This document shows positions 1 to 8,576 of a DNA stretch of 20,000 nt, one piece after another (within the stretch, counting starts at the first letter, position 1; the number at the start of each line of letters is the position of its first letter). The translations under genes and the position numbers were made by a program. Under the pieces are notes generated by a model. That model was given only the letters and a program-made list of their open reading frames with translations. It searched no databases and was not told where the DNA came from. Where the stretch lies: positions 51,047-71,046 of IMG/VR virus record IMGVR_UViG_3300030329_003631. One strand, written 5' to 3'. The stretch is from an uncultured virus (IMG/VR IMGVR_UViG_3300030329_003631). Taxonomy: Duplodnaviria; Heunggongvirae; Uroviricota; Caudoviricetes.

Positions 1-2
1 CA

Positions 3-353
3 GTTTTTTATTTATATATAGAAAAAACAGATGCTGATGGAACTTTAAGAACTCACAGAATCATGGATGCTATGAAAGTACCAAATGACGTTGCTTTTTC
101 TATGATGCAAGGCGGTCAATTACTTTTAGGTGGAGGTCAACCTCTTCGTCTATACGCTAAGGTTGATTCTGGAGAAACAGATCTCATTATTAATTACTGT
201 GATTTACTTGATTACCCAGAAGGGTACGGAAAAAATATGGATGAAGACACTCCAGTTGTTGAAAAACGATGTATTTTCAATAGAGGAGGTAAACTAGTTG
301 CAACTAAAGAGGTTCTAGGAACTCAAGCATCTGAAGGATCAGGATCTTACTAA
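3..353 (+). CDS. Hypothetical protein, 5'-truncated at window edge
   Basis: Frame is open from base 3 (VFYLYIEKTDADGTLRTHRI) into the tracked ORF 63-353, so the true start probably lies upstream of the window. Confidence 0.7.
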   Translation, partial: VFYLYIEKTDADGTLRTHRIMDAMKVPNDVAFSMMQGGQLLLGGGQPLRLYAKVDSGETDLIINYCDLLDYPEGYGKNMDEDTPVVEKRCIFNRGGKLVATKEVLGTQASEGSGSY

Positions 354-366
354 GCTCTTACTTAAT

Positions 367-408
367 ACTTATATACTAAGTATATATATATATACTAAGA
401 ACTTAGTA
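367..408. repeat. AT-rich intergenic TA microsatellite with short inverted repeats
   Basis: atactta-tatac-taagtat and tactaag-aa-cttagta, plus two copies of tatatactaag around a (TA)n run. Confidence 0.5.
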
Positions 409-425
409 AAAATAAATAGATATTC

Positions 426-457
426 TTTGTGTATTTGATAAAAATAATTTATCTTTG
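426..457 (+). promoter_or_regulatory. Bacteroidota-type primary sigma promoter
   Basis: TTTG (426-429), 20-nt spacer, TATCTTTG (450-457) matches the -33 TTTG / -7 TAnnTTTG consensus; 41 nt upstream of ATG 499. Confidence 0.75.
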
Positions 458-498
458 CATCCAAAGAATTAATTTTTAACTTAAAAACATTGTAAAAA

Positions 499-858
499 AT
501 GGCTATGCGAATTCAAAACGGACCAGTAGTAAATGGAGCTTGGACTAACTCTATAGCTATATCTCCTAATGGTTCTGATTGGGAACATATAAATAAAGAC
601 TCTATAGCTAAAGTTCATAAGGTATTTATGTTAACTAATAACGAGAGTAAAAAATGGAATAAAAATAGAGACCAAAGAGCTCAGGTTCATATAATGGGCA
701 ATGATGGTAGGTTAATATTCTCATTTGATACTCAGGATATTGATAATCAGTTGACCTGGTTTCCTAGTAGTGTAGTAACTGCTACAGGGACAGGTACTGC
801 AGCTAATTTTCAAGCAGGACTTGCTACAGCTGTTGAAGACATAATGAGCTGGTTGTAA
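499..858 (+). CDS. Hypothetical phage protein
   Basis: 119-aa ORF with A-rich leader; its TAA overlaps the next ATG (TAATG). Confidence 0.75.
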   Translation: MAMRIQNGPVVNGAWTNSIAISPNGSDWEHINKDSIAKVHKVFMLTNNESKKWNKNRDQRAQVHIMGNDGRLIFSFDTQDIDNQLTWFPSSVVTATGTGTAANFQAGLATAVEDIMSWL

Positions 859-1052
859 TGCCTGAGGTTAACGGACAAAATTTTCCTTATACTAAAGAAG
901 GTATTGAGCAGGCTGAAAGAACTGCAAAAGGAACAGGAACTAAGGTCAAATACAGATTTAGGAGAGTAATGAGTAGTGCAGTTAAAAGTACACAAGATAA
1001 ATCGAAATCTCACTATTGTGGTTGTGAAGCGATGGGGGGATGGAGCTTTTAA
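858..1052 (+). CDS. Small basic hypothetical phage protein
   Basis: 64 aa, translationally coupled to the upstream ORF. Confidence 0.65.
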   Translation: MPEVNGQNFPYTKEGIEQAERTAKGTGTKVKYRFRRVMSSAVKSTQDKSKSHYCGCEAMGGWSF

Positions 1053-1080
1053 ATAAATAATAAATAAAAAGAATAAAAAA

Positions 1081-1449
1081 ATGGCTACATTAACACCAAC
1101 TTTAACATTAGTAAGCGACGCTTTGTCAGATGCATTGAGTTTATCAGTAACTGATACTTTAACTGTATCAGGTCAAGTTACTCAAAAAACTGTAGTTACT
1201 TCGACTACTGCAGCACAATTTTTAGCAGCAGCTACCTATACAGACGCTTATGTATTTTTGTATAATAAAAGTACTACAGCAGCTGAAATAATACATATAA
1301 GATCTGGAGGAACTGGAGACGCTGACGTAATGTCTATAGGCGCAGGAGAATGGGCTTTCTTCCCATGGAGTTCAGATGAAGATTTAAACTACGATGCAGC
1401 TAGTGGAACACCTGTATTGGAGGTATATGTATTCCAGGCAGCAGCTTAA
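1081..1449 (+). CDS. Thr/Ala-rich, probably beta-rich protein, possible virion component (paralog A)
   Basis: MATLTPTLTLVSD...YVFLYN...GAGEWAFF; aligns by eye with 1474-1848. Confidence 0.7.
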   Translation: MATLTPTLTLVSDALSDALSLSVTDTLTVSGQVTQKTVVTSTTAAQFLAAATYTDAYVFLYNKSTTAAEIIHIRSGGTGDADVMSIGAGEWAFFPWSSDEDLNYDAASGTPVLEVYVFQAAA

Positions 1450-1473
1450 TAATAATAAAATAAAAATAAGAAC

Positions 1474-1848
1474 ATGAGCAAATCATTAACACCAACATTG
1501 ACATTAACTAGCTCTACAGCTTCAACAGATCCTGTAAGTATAAGTCTTACAGATACTTTAACGATTACAGATCCTATAGAAACAGGTAAAGTAAATATTA
1601 CTACTGGGGCAGGAACTGTAGGTAGAAATACGTTAATTCCATCCTCTGATTCAAATACGTATTATGTATTCCTACAAAATACAGACAGTACTAACTTTGT
1701 ATTAGTACGAAGAGATAATGGAAGTAATATGATGAAATTACATGCAGGAGAATTTGCATACTTTACTTTAGCAGACGGGATAGGGCTTGAAATGCAGGCA
1801 GACACTGACACTGTAAAGGTGCAGTACGGATTCTGGAAAAAAGGATAG
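1474..1848 (+). CDS. Thr-rich, probably beta-rich protein, possible virion component (paralog B)
   Basis: MSKSLTPTLTLTSS...YVFLQN...HAGEFAYF. Confidence 0.7.
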   Translation: MSKSLTPTLTLTSSTASTDPVSISLTDTLTITDPIETGKVNITTGAGTVGRNTLIPSSDSNTYYVFLQNTDSTNFVLVRRDNGSNMMKLHAGEFAYFTLADGIGLEMQADTDTVKVQYGFWKKG

Positions 1849-1923
1849 CAGAATGATTACAATTAAATGGATGTTACCCGTTGTAAGACATTGTAGTACA
1901 GGCTGTTGACGTAAAACTTATAT

Positions 1924-2178
1924 ATGACAGAATATGATATGCCAATCTATTTATCAGATTGGATCTTACAAGTTAGAAGAAGCGTTACAATGCAATCTAG
2001 ACAGGTTGTTGTAAAAGATATAATAGTAAAAGGTTACTCAAAAGAAGATATAATGAGTGACCTTTCTCTATTTAATAAGGCTTTATCTAGAAGCGGTATA
2101 CCGAAGAGAGATCAAAAGAAAAGCAAAGTTATGAACGTAGTACTAAAACAACAATTAGGATATGGAATCAGAGAATAA
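1924..2178 (+). CDS. Hypothetical protein
   Basis: 84-aa ORF overlapping the start of the phosphoesterase gene. Confidence 0.65.
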   Translation: MTEYDMPIYLSDWILQVRRSVTMQSRQVVVKDIIVKGYSKEDIMSDLSLFNKALSRSGIPKRDQKKSKVMNVVLKQQLGYGIRE

Positions 2179-3469
2179 ACCAAATGTAGAAGGTTTAAAG
2201 TCTTACTTATTAGAGAATGGTAGAGATAAGACTTATTCAGAATTAGCCTTGATGTTTAACATAAGAGGCAAAGATGGCTTACACTCTCCAGAAAAAGCGA
2301 GAGGTTACTGGAGAAGATTAAAAACAAAAAGAATTGAAAACCCAATGGACACAGAGAGTCCTTTGAAAGTTACAAATGATAATGGTAAAAAGACATTAGA
2401 CTACTCAGGAGAGAATATATCTTCATTAGAAGACTTAATACAAGCTTCGGGAATTAACTTAGACTTATGGGATGTATCAACCTATAAAGTTAGTTCTTGG
2501 CAAGACTTTAAAGATGACACTAAATACGCTGTCAAAGCAACATTTAATCAGACTAAAGAGATCAGAGAGGCTGCTCGTCAGGAGTTTATAAAAGCTTGTC
2601 AACAACACAGCCCTGTATATACTGCTAAAAAATACCTAAAAGCTCCAAAAGGAAAAGAAAGTGTAATGTACACTGTAGAAGCTCCAGATTTGCATATGGG
2701 TAAGCTTGGTTGGGGCAAGGAAGTCGGTCAAAACTATAATATAGAAATTGCTAGAGAAATATTCAAAAAGACTGTAAAGCAGCTTTTAAGCTATTCTAAG
2801 CTATTTCATGTCGAAAAGATACTATTCCCTATAGGAAACGACTTATTAAACTCAGAAGGCCTTAAAATGGCTACAACGAGAGGTACCCCTCAACATGATG
2901 ACGTTAGGTGGCAAAAGTCTTATATGGCTTGTAGAGAAGTTTTAGTGGAAATGATAGACACTCTAAGAGAGCTAGCTCCTGTCGAAGTTGTTGTAGTTCC
3001 AGGTAATCATGACTACGAAAGAATGTTTTATATAGGAGACGCTATATACGCTTGGTACAATAATTGCAAAGAAGTGATAGTGAATAATGATCCATCTCCT
3101 AGGAAGTATGTTACTTATGGTAAAACAATGATAGGATTTACTCATGGTAGTGCAGAAAAGGTAGATAACTTACCTCTTATTATGGCTACAGAAAAGAGTA
3201 AGGAATGGTCTAACGTGATACACACAGAGTGGCACATAGGACATGTTCATAAATCTAAGCATGTAAAGTGGTTAGATGTGGATGAGAGATTTGGAACTGT
3301 GATCAGAGTATTACCTTCCTTATCAGGAACTGATGCTTGGCATCATGAACATGGGTATGTAGGTAACACAAGGTCTGCTCAAAGCTATATATATAGTAAA
3401 GAAAGTGGGTACAGAGGACACTTTCAAGTGTCTGTATCTGAATTAGATATAAATTACTCTGTTAAGTAG
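2162..3469 (+). CDS. Calcineurin-like metallophosphoesterase with N-terminal extension (possible HTH)
   Basis: Motifs in order: DLHMG, GNDLLN, GNHD, THG, GHVH. N-terminal KTYSELALMFNI...PEKARGYWRR is HTH-like. Confidence 0.85.
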   Translation: MESENKPNVEGLKSYLLENGRDKTYSELALMFNIRGKDGLHSPEKARGYWRRLKTKRIENPMDTESPLKVTNDNGKKTLDYSGENISSLEDLIQASGINLDLWDVSTYKVSSWQDFKDDTKYAVKATFNQTKEIREAARQEFIKACQQHSPVYTAKKYLKAPKGKESVMYTVEAPDLHMGKLGWGKEVGQNYNIEIAREIFKKTVKQLLSYSKLFHVEKILFPIGNDLLNSEGLKMATTRGTPQHDDVRWQKSYMACREVLVEMIDTLRELAPVEVVVVPGNHDYERMFYIGDAIYAWYNNCKEVIVNNDPSPRKYVTYGKTMIGFTHGSAEKVDNLPLIMATEKSKEWSNVIHTEWHIGHVHKSKHVKWLDVDERFGTVIRVLPSLSGTDAWHHEHGYVGNTRSAQSYIYSKESGYRGHFQVSVSELDINYSVK

Positions 3470-3659
3470 ATTTTCTTTTCTCTCTCTCATCTTGTAGAAT
3501 ATCGATGAGCTGGGTTTGATTCAGTAGTCTATCTTTCTCGTATTCATTTGGAAAGTGAACTAACTTAACCTCTATTATATTATCTGTATTATCTCTGTTA
3601 ACTACCCATCTGCAAGAAGGACAGTGTTTTGTTCTTTTTAAGTGTGTTAAATAACTCAT
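3462..3659 (-). CDS. Small hypothetical protein with CxxC
   Basis: 65 aa, HCPSC; last gene of the minus-strand block, overlaps the convergent ORF by 8 nt. Confidence 0.65.
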   Translation of the reverse strand: MSYLTHLKRTKHCPSCRWVVNRDNTDNIIEVKLVHFPNEYEKDRLLNQTQLIDILQDEREKRKST

Positions 3660-3660
3660 T

Positions 3661-3816
3661 TTAAAATCTATGTTTGTCTTGGCAGTTATTAAGTCTTTTT
3701 CTTAGTTTCTTATTTTGTTCTTCAAGGTATCTATGATCCTTTGACGAAGCATATAAACCTGTAGCTAGCCCTATCGCATACGCAGAAAGGCAAACTATTG
3801 CGTAAATTATTTCCAT
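3661..3816 (-). CDS. Small membrane protein (51 aa), not in ORF track
   Basis: Manual translation MEIIYAIVCLSAYAIGLATGLYASSKDHRYLEEQNKKLRKRLNNCQDKHRF: TM helix then a coiled-coil-like tail. Confidence 0.6.
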   Translation of the reverse strand: MEIIYAIVCLSAYAIGLATGLYASSKDHRYLEEQNKKLRKRLNNCQDKHRF

Positions 3817-3956
3817 ATCTTTTTTCTTTTATATTTATTTCCAGTTATCAAGCATATATAAGTGTTATCTTCTGTGAAGAATCTCCTTCTACAAAATTTA
3901 TTATGAATACCTATATAATGAGGTAACCTTTTAAACCATGATTTTATTTTATTCAT
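3807..3956 (-). CDS. Small basic protein (49 aa), not in ORF track
   Basis: MNKIKSWFKRLPHYIGIHNKFCRRRFFTEDNTYICLITGNKYKRKKIWK; overlaps both neighbours. Confidence 0.55.
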   Translation of the reverse strand: MNKIKSWFKRLPHYIGIHNKFCRRRFFTEDNTYICLITGNKYKRKKIWK

Positions 3957-4039
3957 CTTGTTTTTTTATTGTGAGCCATCATAAATACAGCGAAAGCGTA
4001 TAAGCCCGTTATAATTAAAATTAATACCATACAGCCCAT
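3953..4039 (-). CDS. Micro membrane peptide (28 aa)
   Basis: MGCMVLILIITGLYAFAVFMMAHNKKTR; ATGA overlap with the next gene. Confidence 0.45.
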   Translation of the reverse strand: MGCMVLILIITGLYAFAVFMMAHNKKTR

Positions 4040-4152
4040 ATTTTAGCCCCAACAGGGGTATCGCATATTAATACTCTTTTCTTTACTACAGGCTCTTTAT
4101 CTTTATCCTTATTGTACTTAGGATTTTTACTGTTTAGTTTTCTTTTCTTCAT
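4021..4152 (-). CDS. Small basic protein (43 aa)
   Basis: MKKRKLNSKNPKYNKDKDKEPVVKKRVLICDTPVGAKIWAVWY. Confidence 0.55.
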   Translation of the reverse strand: MKKRKLNSKNPKYNKDKDKEPVVKKRVLICDTPVGAKIWAVWY

Positions 4153-4243
4153 TAGTAAAATCGTCTTTAAAATTTGGTGATGTTACAGCCTCTACAACAC
4201 AAGCTATTATTACCATTAAATATATTATTCCGAGTAATTCCAT
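4127..4243 (-). CDS. Micro membrane peptide (38 aa)
   Basis: MELLGIIYLMVIIACVVEAVTSPNFKDDFTNEEKKTKQ; TAATG coupling to the DUF3310 gene. Confidence 0.5.
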   Translation of the reverse strand: MELLGIIYLMVIIACVVEAVTSPNFKDDFTNEEKKTKQ

Positions 4244-4578
4244 TATTTTATTTTTTCTAATTCAAACTCTAAATGTGCTATTGCTTTCTTGATACACTCA
4301 ACAGGAGTGTTATGCTTTCTATTTGCTCTTAACAAATATGTTACTGCAGTACCTATGTTATAAGTTAATTCAAAATCTTCAATAACTTTTCTTGCCTCAT
4401 ATTTATGATACTTTCCAATATAATACTCTGGTATCCTACTGTCTTGTAATACCTCATCCACAACATCTTTTATATTGTTTGCTATTTCATTCATTTTATC
4501 TGAGGTTGTTGTTGCAACCCATCCGTTTCTGCCTACCTTATAGTAGTGCTCGCTGTGTTTTTCTTTTTTCTTTGTCAT
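4243..4578 (-). CDS. DUF3310-like protein (T7 gp1.7 nucleotide kinase-related)
   Basis: PEYY...EARKVIEDFELTYNIGTAVTYLLRANRK...ECIKKAIAHLE matches the family pattern P.hY..E..d.i....f..GnaiKY..Ra..K...ed.kKA..yl. Confidence 0.7.
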   Translation of the reverse strand: MTKKKEKHSEHYYKVGRNGWVATTTSDKMNEIANNIKDVVDEVLQDSRIPEYYIGKYHKYEARKVIEDFELTYNIGTAVTYLLRANRKHNTPVECIKKAIAHLEFELEKIK

Positions 4579-4769
4579 CAGTTTATATCTTCTTTTTTAA
4601 TTATTGTTTTATTTTCCTCATCAGCATCAATAACAAATGTTATCTCAGGAGCTAGGTTTCCATGCACCCAATCAAAACATAAGTTATACAGTTTTTCCGC
4701 AAGCAAATCTTTTGCTTTATGTCTATTAAATTTTGTTACATTTATTTTAACTTCTAGTTTAGCTTTCAT
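4578..4769 (-). CDS. Hypothetical protein (63 aa)
   Basis: Start moved to ATG 4769 (MKAKLEVK), which forms an ATGA overlap with the upstream stop. Confidence 0.6.
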   Translation of the reverse strand: MKAKLEVKINVTKFNRHKAKDLLAEKLYNLCFDWVHGNLAPEITFVIDADEENKTIIKKEDIN

Positions 4770-5266
4770 GGCATTAATGTTGGTAATCCTTCTATATTTC
4801 CTGAGAAATGAGGAAGGTATTCTAGCTGAGCTGGATCCCATTCTTCTCTAACACAATAAACTCTTATGTCTTTTCTTTTTCTATTCTTAGTTTCGAAATG
4901 CAAAATTAATAATTTTTCTGATCTCTCTTCTTCGTAAGAAACATTATTTCCAATTTTTTTCCCTTTAAGCATTCTACCTACTATAACTGAAGTTAAACAA
5001 ACACATATAGATTCTTGGTTTACCACATGATCCCTGATTGAAGGTATGACTAATTCTATTAAAGGGAAGTCATAACTTATCTCATTTTGTAAGTCTTTTT
5101 CTTCAGGGACAAAAAATCCTTCTTCGTTCTCACTCAGAGTGTGCAGAGTAGGGAATAAAAGCCCTTCTTTTAAAAACCTTTTTAAGGTAGTTTTAACTAC
5201 ATAAGGCTTCCACCTACTTACTGCACCTCTTTCTGAGTCGTTCAAATTAGAACGGGAGGTTGTCAC
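4766..5266 (-). CDS. Hypothetical protein
   Basis: Up to 166 aa; start uncertain (TTG at 5245, just after the SSB stop, is plausible). Confidence 0.65.
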   Translation of the reverse strand: MTTSRSNLNDSERGAVSRWKPYVVKTTLKRFLKEGLLFPTLHTLSENEEGFFVPEEKDLQNEISYDFPLIELVIPSIRDHVVNQESICVCLTSVIVGRMLKGKKIGNNVSYEEERSEKLLILHFETKNRKRKDIRVYCVREEWDPAQLEYLPHFSGNIEGLPTLMP

Positions 5267-5603
5267 CCTCAGAGTCTTTAGAAGAAACTTCAGGAGCCGC
5301 GCCTACAAAAACATCAAAGTCTTTATACATGCCTTGACCACTCTTATTTTTCTTCTTTCCTTTGTAAATTATCTTAACTCCAGATCCTATAGATACTTGA
5401 GAAAGATATTTTTTAAGAACAGTTGGACACCATACGTTTAACTCTATGCCATCTGAGTCTTTTACACAGCATAAAGTCTGATTGTAAGATCCAACATTGT
5501 CTTTTCTTTCAATTAGAGTTCCCTCTAATTCTGGTGAAGCTTCGGGGTCCCATTTTTCTCTCTCTTCGAACCCGCCGTCTTCGATTTTTTTCCATTCTGT
5601 CAT
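5247..5603 (-). CDS. Single-stranded DNA-binding protein (OB-fold-like)
   Basis: Beta-rich core (LEGTLIER...GVKIIYKGKK...YKDFDVF) and acidic C-terminal tail ending DNLPF, typical of SSBs; replication context. Confidence 0.7.
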   Translation of the reverse strand: MTEWKKIEDGGFEEREKWDPEASPELEGTLIERKDNVGSYNQTLCCVKDSDGIELNVWCPTVLKKYLSQVSIGSGVKIIYKGKKKNKSGQGMYKDFDVFVGAAPEVSSKDSEGDNLPF

Positions 5604-5631
5604 AATATGAAAATTTAGTTAATAAATAAAG

Positions 5632-5844
5632 TTAATTGTCTATACTTTTTCTTATGTCATCTATAGATTTCTTAAAAGGTTTATGATGCTCTCTTTCAAT
5701 ACTAAGCAAGACTCTTTTAACTCTAGAGACAGAAGATCTGTTGTTCTTCACCTCTAGTGTAGCTAAGTCTTTCTCCATACTAATAAGAGCTTTTATATAA
5801 TCCCTCAAAGGTTCTAATAGAATCCTATTTTTGTTACTACTCAT
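5632..5844 (-). CDS. Small basic helical protein, possibly like Bacteroidota histone H1-like proteins
   Basis: DLATLEVKNNRSSVSRVKRVLLSI resembles the helix-GNKAAxxRxRK-helix pattern; weak. Confidence 0.45.
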   Translation of the reverse strand: MSSNKNRILLEPLRDYIKALISMEKDLATLEVKNNRSSVSRVKRVLLSIEREHHKPFKKSIDDIRKSIDN

Positions 5845-6142
5845 TTTTAAATTTGTTTTTCAGTTCTTCTGTCAATTCATTCATTCTTATAGATATTCTG
5901 ACATCTATGCCCACTGACTTACAGAGTCTAAGAACCTGCATCTGTTTAACCCTAACGTTAGCATTCATAGGATCTTCAGCGTTCATAAAGTTAGAAAATT
6001 TCTTGTAGTCAAACTCTCCCAGTCTACACACATGGTAAAGAGTTGTATTAAGTTCTTTTATTCTTTTTCTAAGTAACTTCTTTAACTCTTTACTGCATAT
6101 AACTACATCTATCTTATCTCTCTTCTTCTTCAGCACGTTCAC
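5837..6142 (-). CDS. XRE/Cro-like helix-turn-helix protein
   Basis: LKKLLRKRIKELNTTLYHVCRLGEFDYKKFSNFMN...QVLRLCKSVGIDV follows the XRE helix layout. Confidence 0.55.
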   Translation of the reverse strand: MNVLKKKRDKIDVVICSKELKKLLRKRIKELNTTLYHVCRLGEFDYKKFSNFMNAEDPMNANVRVKQMQVLRLCKSVGIDVRISIRMNELTEELKNKFKNE

Positions 6143-6344
6143 CCAAGTACATAAATTGAACTAACTCCTCTATTGGTAAATCCACTATAACATCTTTGCC
6201 TCCAATTAAATACACAACAGATTTGTCTTTTCCATCAGGGTTTCTCCAACTCCTCATGTATAAAACACTACTCTCTCTTATGTATATATCTCCTATGGAT
6301 TCTCCTTTTTTACTAAGTGACGGTACTCTAATCATTTTCTTCAT
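6114..6344 (-). CDS. Small hypothetical phage protein
   Basis: 76 aa, downstream of the promoter at 6366-6394. Confidence 0.65.
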   Translation of the reverse strand: MKKMIRVPSLSKKGESIGDIYIRESSVLYMRSWRNPDGKDKSVVYLIGGKDVIVDLPIEELVQFMYLGERAEEEER

Positions 6345-6365
6345 TTTTTTTATTCATACAATCTG

Positions 6366-6394
6366 CAAATATAATAATTATTTTCCAATCCAAA
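6366..6394 (-). promoter_or_regulatory. Bacteroidota-type promoter
   Basis: Minus strand TTTG-N17-TATATTTG, about 20 nt upstream of ATG 6344. Confidence 0.6.
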
Positions 6395-6746
6395 TGTAAA
6401 CACCACAATTATTTTTGTCGTATTTATATCTATTAAATATAGGTATCATTTCGTCGCAATTATCATCTTCTATCCACCCATACTTTACCATTAAATCTTG
6501 TACTGTTTGACAAGGATTTATATAATCAAATCTATGTCTAGTACCTCTAATAAATTGAAAATATACTTTATACGGTTTCTTCTTACCTTTAAGCATTTTT
6601 CTAAACTTCATCTTATTTTTCATATACTCTCCTTTAGTCTCAGCTATATATCTTCTAGTAGCTTTTGAATTAATAAGCATTTTTCCTGTCCACTGCTTAG
6701 AATTCTTAGATGAAGGAACATTTCCTGGTATAAATATCTTAACCAT
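6378..6746 (-). CDS. RusA-like Holliday junction resolvase
   Basis: IPGNVPSSKN N-terminus; catalytic pattern D-x-x-N...D...IEDD (RFDYINPCQTVQDLMVKYGWIEDDN). Confidence 0.8.
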   Translation of the reverse strand: MVKIFIPGNVPSSKNSKQWTGKMLINSKATRRYIAETKGEYMKNKMKFRKMLKGKKKPYKVYFQFIRGTRHRFDYINPCQTVQDLMVKYGWIEDDNCDEMIPIFNRYKYDKNNCGVYIWIGK

Positions 6747-8566
6747 TTATCTCATAACTTTTAGGATCCTCATCTAATGGTGTGAAAGCTAAGTTATCTT
6801 CTAGCTCTAGGACTTTGTTAACAATATTACCTGTCATTCTTTTGTTTTTAAGTCTAAGATACACCTTATTAGCATGATATATAATATCATTCTCTAAGGA
6901 ATCAAAATTACTACTGTTTTTATCTATCGTTAAAGATACAGAGAAGTACGCATCTGAATTATCTAATATCTTTTCTCCCCCTCTAACATAGAGAGATGTG
7001 TCTCTCAGGTGTAAAGGACAGCCTTTGGTGACATGATTCACAGCCATAATTGCTACATTAGCTTCTTTAGCCAACTCCTTCAGTCTCTTGCTATTTTCAA
7101 AAGCAGTGAACACTTCATTATTTCCAAGTGTCTTCATCATATTCATACTATCTACCACCGCAAGCCTAACCTTTTTACCTGAGCTCTCTTCTAAATCTCT
7201 AACAACTGTTATAAAATCTTTTATTTCTAAGTCATAGTTATCTACGATATATAAATTGTTATTTAATTTGTCCTGTATTTTCATATTGATATTCTCCACG
7301 TCTTTCTCATCTAATGCTCCGAACTTTATCATATCTATAAAATCTCTATTGAACAATCTTTTATATAATCTTCTATACATTTCTAGTGTTGACATCTCCA
7401 TATTGAAATAGATACAAAGATTATCTTTTTCCATAGCGTTATAAACACAAAACTCTTGAGCCACTAAACTTTTCTTAGTACCTCCCTTTCCTATTATAGG
7501 ATATACATTACCCTGAACCAATCCACCACCCATATCTCCATCAAATTCAACTATACCTGTAGGAACATGATTTGCTTTCTTGACTAAATCAAAAACTCTC
7601 ATAGTTAAATCAGACATAGTATTAACATTCATCTTTTTAGATGAGTCACCTCTAACTCTACTATGAGCAGAGTTAATTAAAGTCCTAAACTCAAACTCTT
7701 TTATATCTGATCCAGTGTCTTGTATAGTTTTGTCTTTTATTATCCTCATTATATCAACGACCTCCTTATTCTTCATACCATCTAACGAAAATAATCTACA
7801 AGCTTGCTTAAACAGAGTGTTGTTTCTGTCGCCAATATTTGGAACAGAGAAAACGGAAGAGCTAGTGTTAGTGCTATTAACATTGACACTGCTCCCACTG
7901 TTGATAGAGCTAGCCTCCATGAAATAATCGTGTAGCGTATTAGATTGCTCATACTTTTTCTCTTTTCTGTTATACACTTTCAATTCTTTGCTTTCTATTG
8001 CAATCTCAGTCATACTTTTTGAACAGATTTCTTCCCAAGGGATAAAAATCTTGTAAAGCTTTGTTTTCTGGTGTAAAGAATAAGGTAGTCGTATTATTCT
8101 AGTTTTGTTATATATTTTTAAATCTATGCATTCAAAATTACTTATCTCCTCACAATGTGAGTTCATATCTTTAACTAAGTTGGTTACGAATGCTTTTATC
8201 ATATCAGGTAGATCTTTATCTATAAGGTCGTTAATTCCTATTACTTTCGTGTCTAACCCAACATGAAAACCCTTACCTCCTGAAAAATATATCTTCCATG
8301 AATCAGGTTCTATACCAAAAAACCTATCCATATAATTCACAAATCCTATAACTTCCTTTTTTGCTTTTTCTAAATCTTCTGAGTCAAAATCTATCCACAG
8401 CATTCTCATAGACACAATTCCGTTATATCCAGAGATACCTTTATTATCTTTAACATAAGAGTTAATATCATCTCCGAATTCATATAGACTTATGTAAGAC
8501 TCTGAAGTCCTTACTTTTCTTTCTATAGATTCTAATTCAATTATATTACCTCTATTAGATATAGAT
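6739..8566 (-). CDS. Primase-helicase: AEP (PrimPol) domain + PriCT-like domain + SF4/DnaB-like helicase; start probably in the N gap
   Basis: AEP motifs WIDFD, FSGGKGFH, IDLKIY..TRIIRLPYSLH; GDRNNTLFKQAC (PriCT); Walker A-like GKGGTKKS, YFNMEM, Walker B LAVVDS, LKELAKE, NHV. Confidence 0.85.
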
Positions 8567-8576
8567 NNNNNNNNNN
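8567..8576. other. Assembly/scaffold gap (10 N)
   Basis: Run of 10 n; true length unknown. Confidence 0.95.

Noticed and set aside
810..1013. 67-aa minus-strand ORF
   Set aside because: Antisense to two translationally coupled plus-strand genes.
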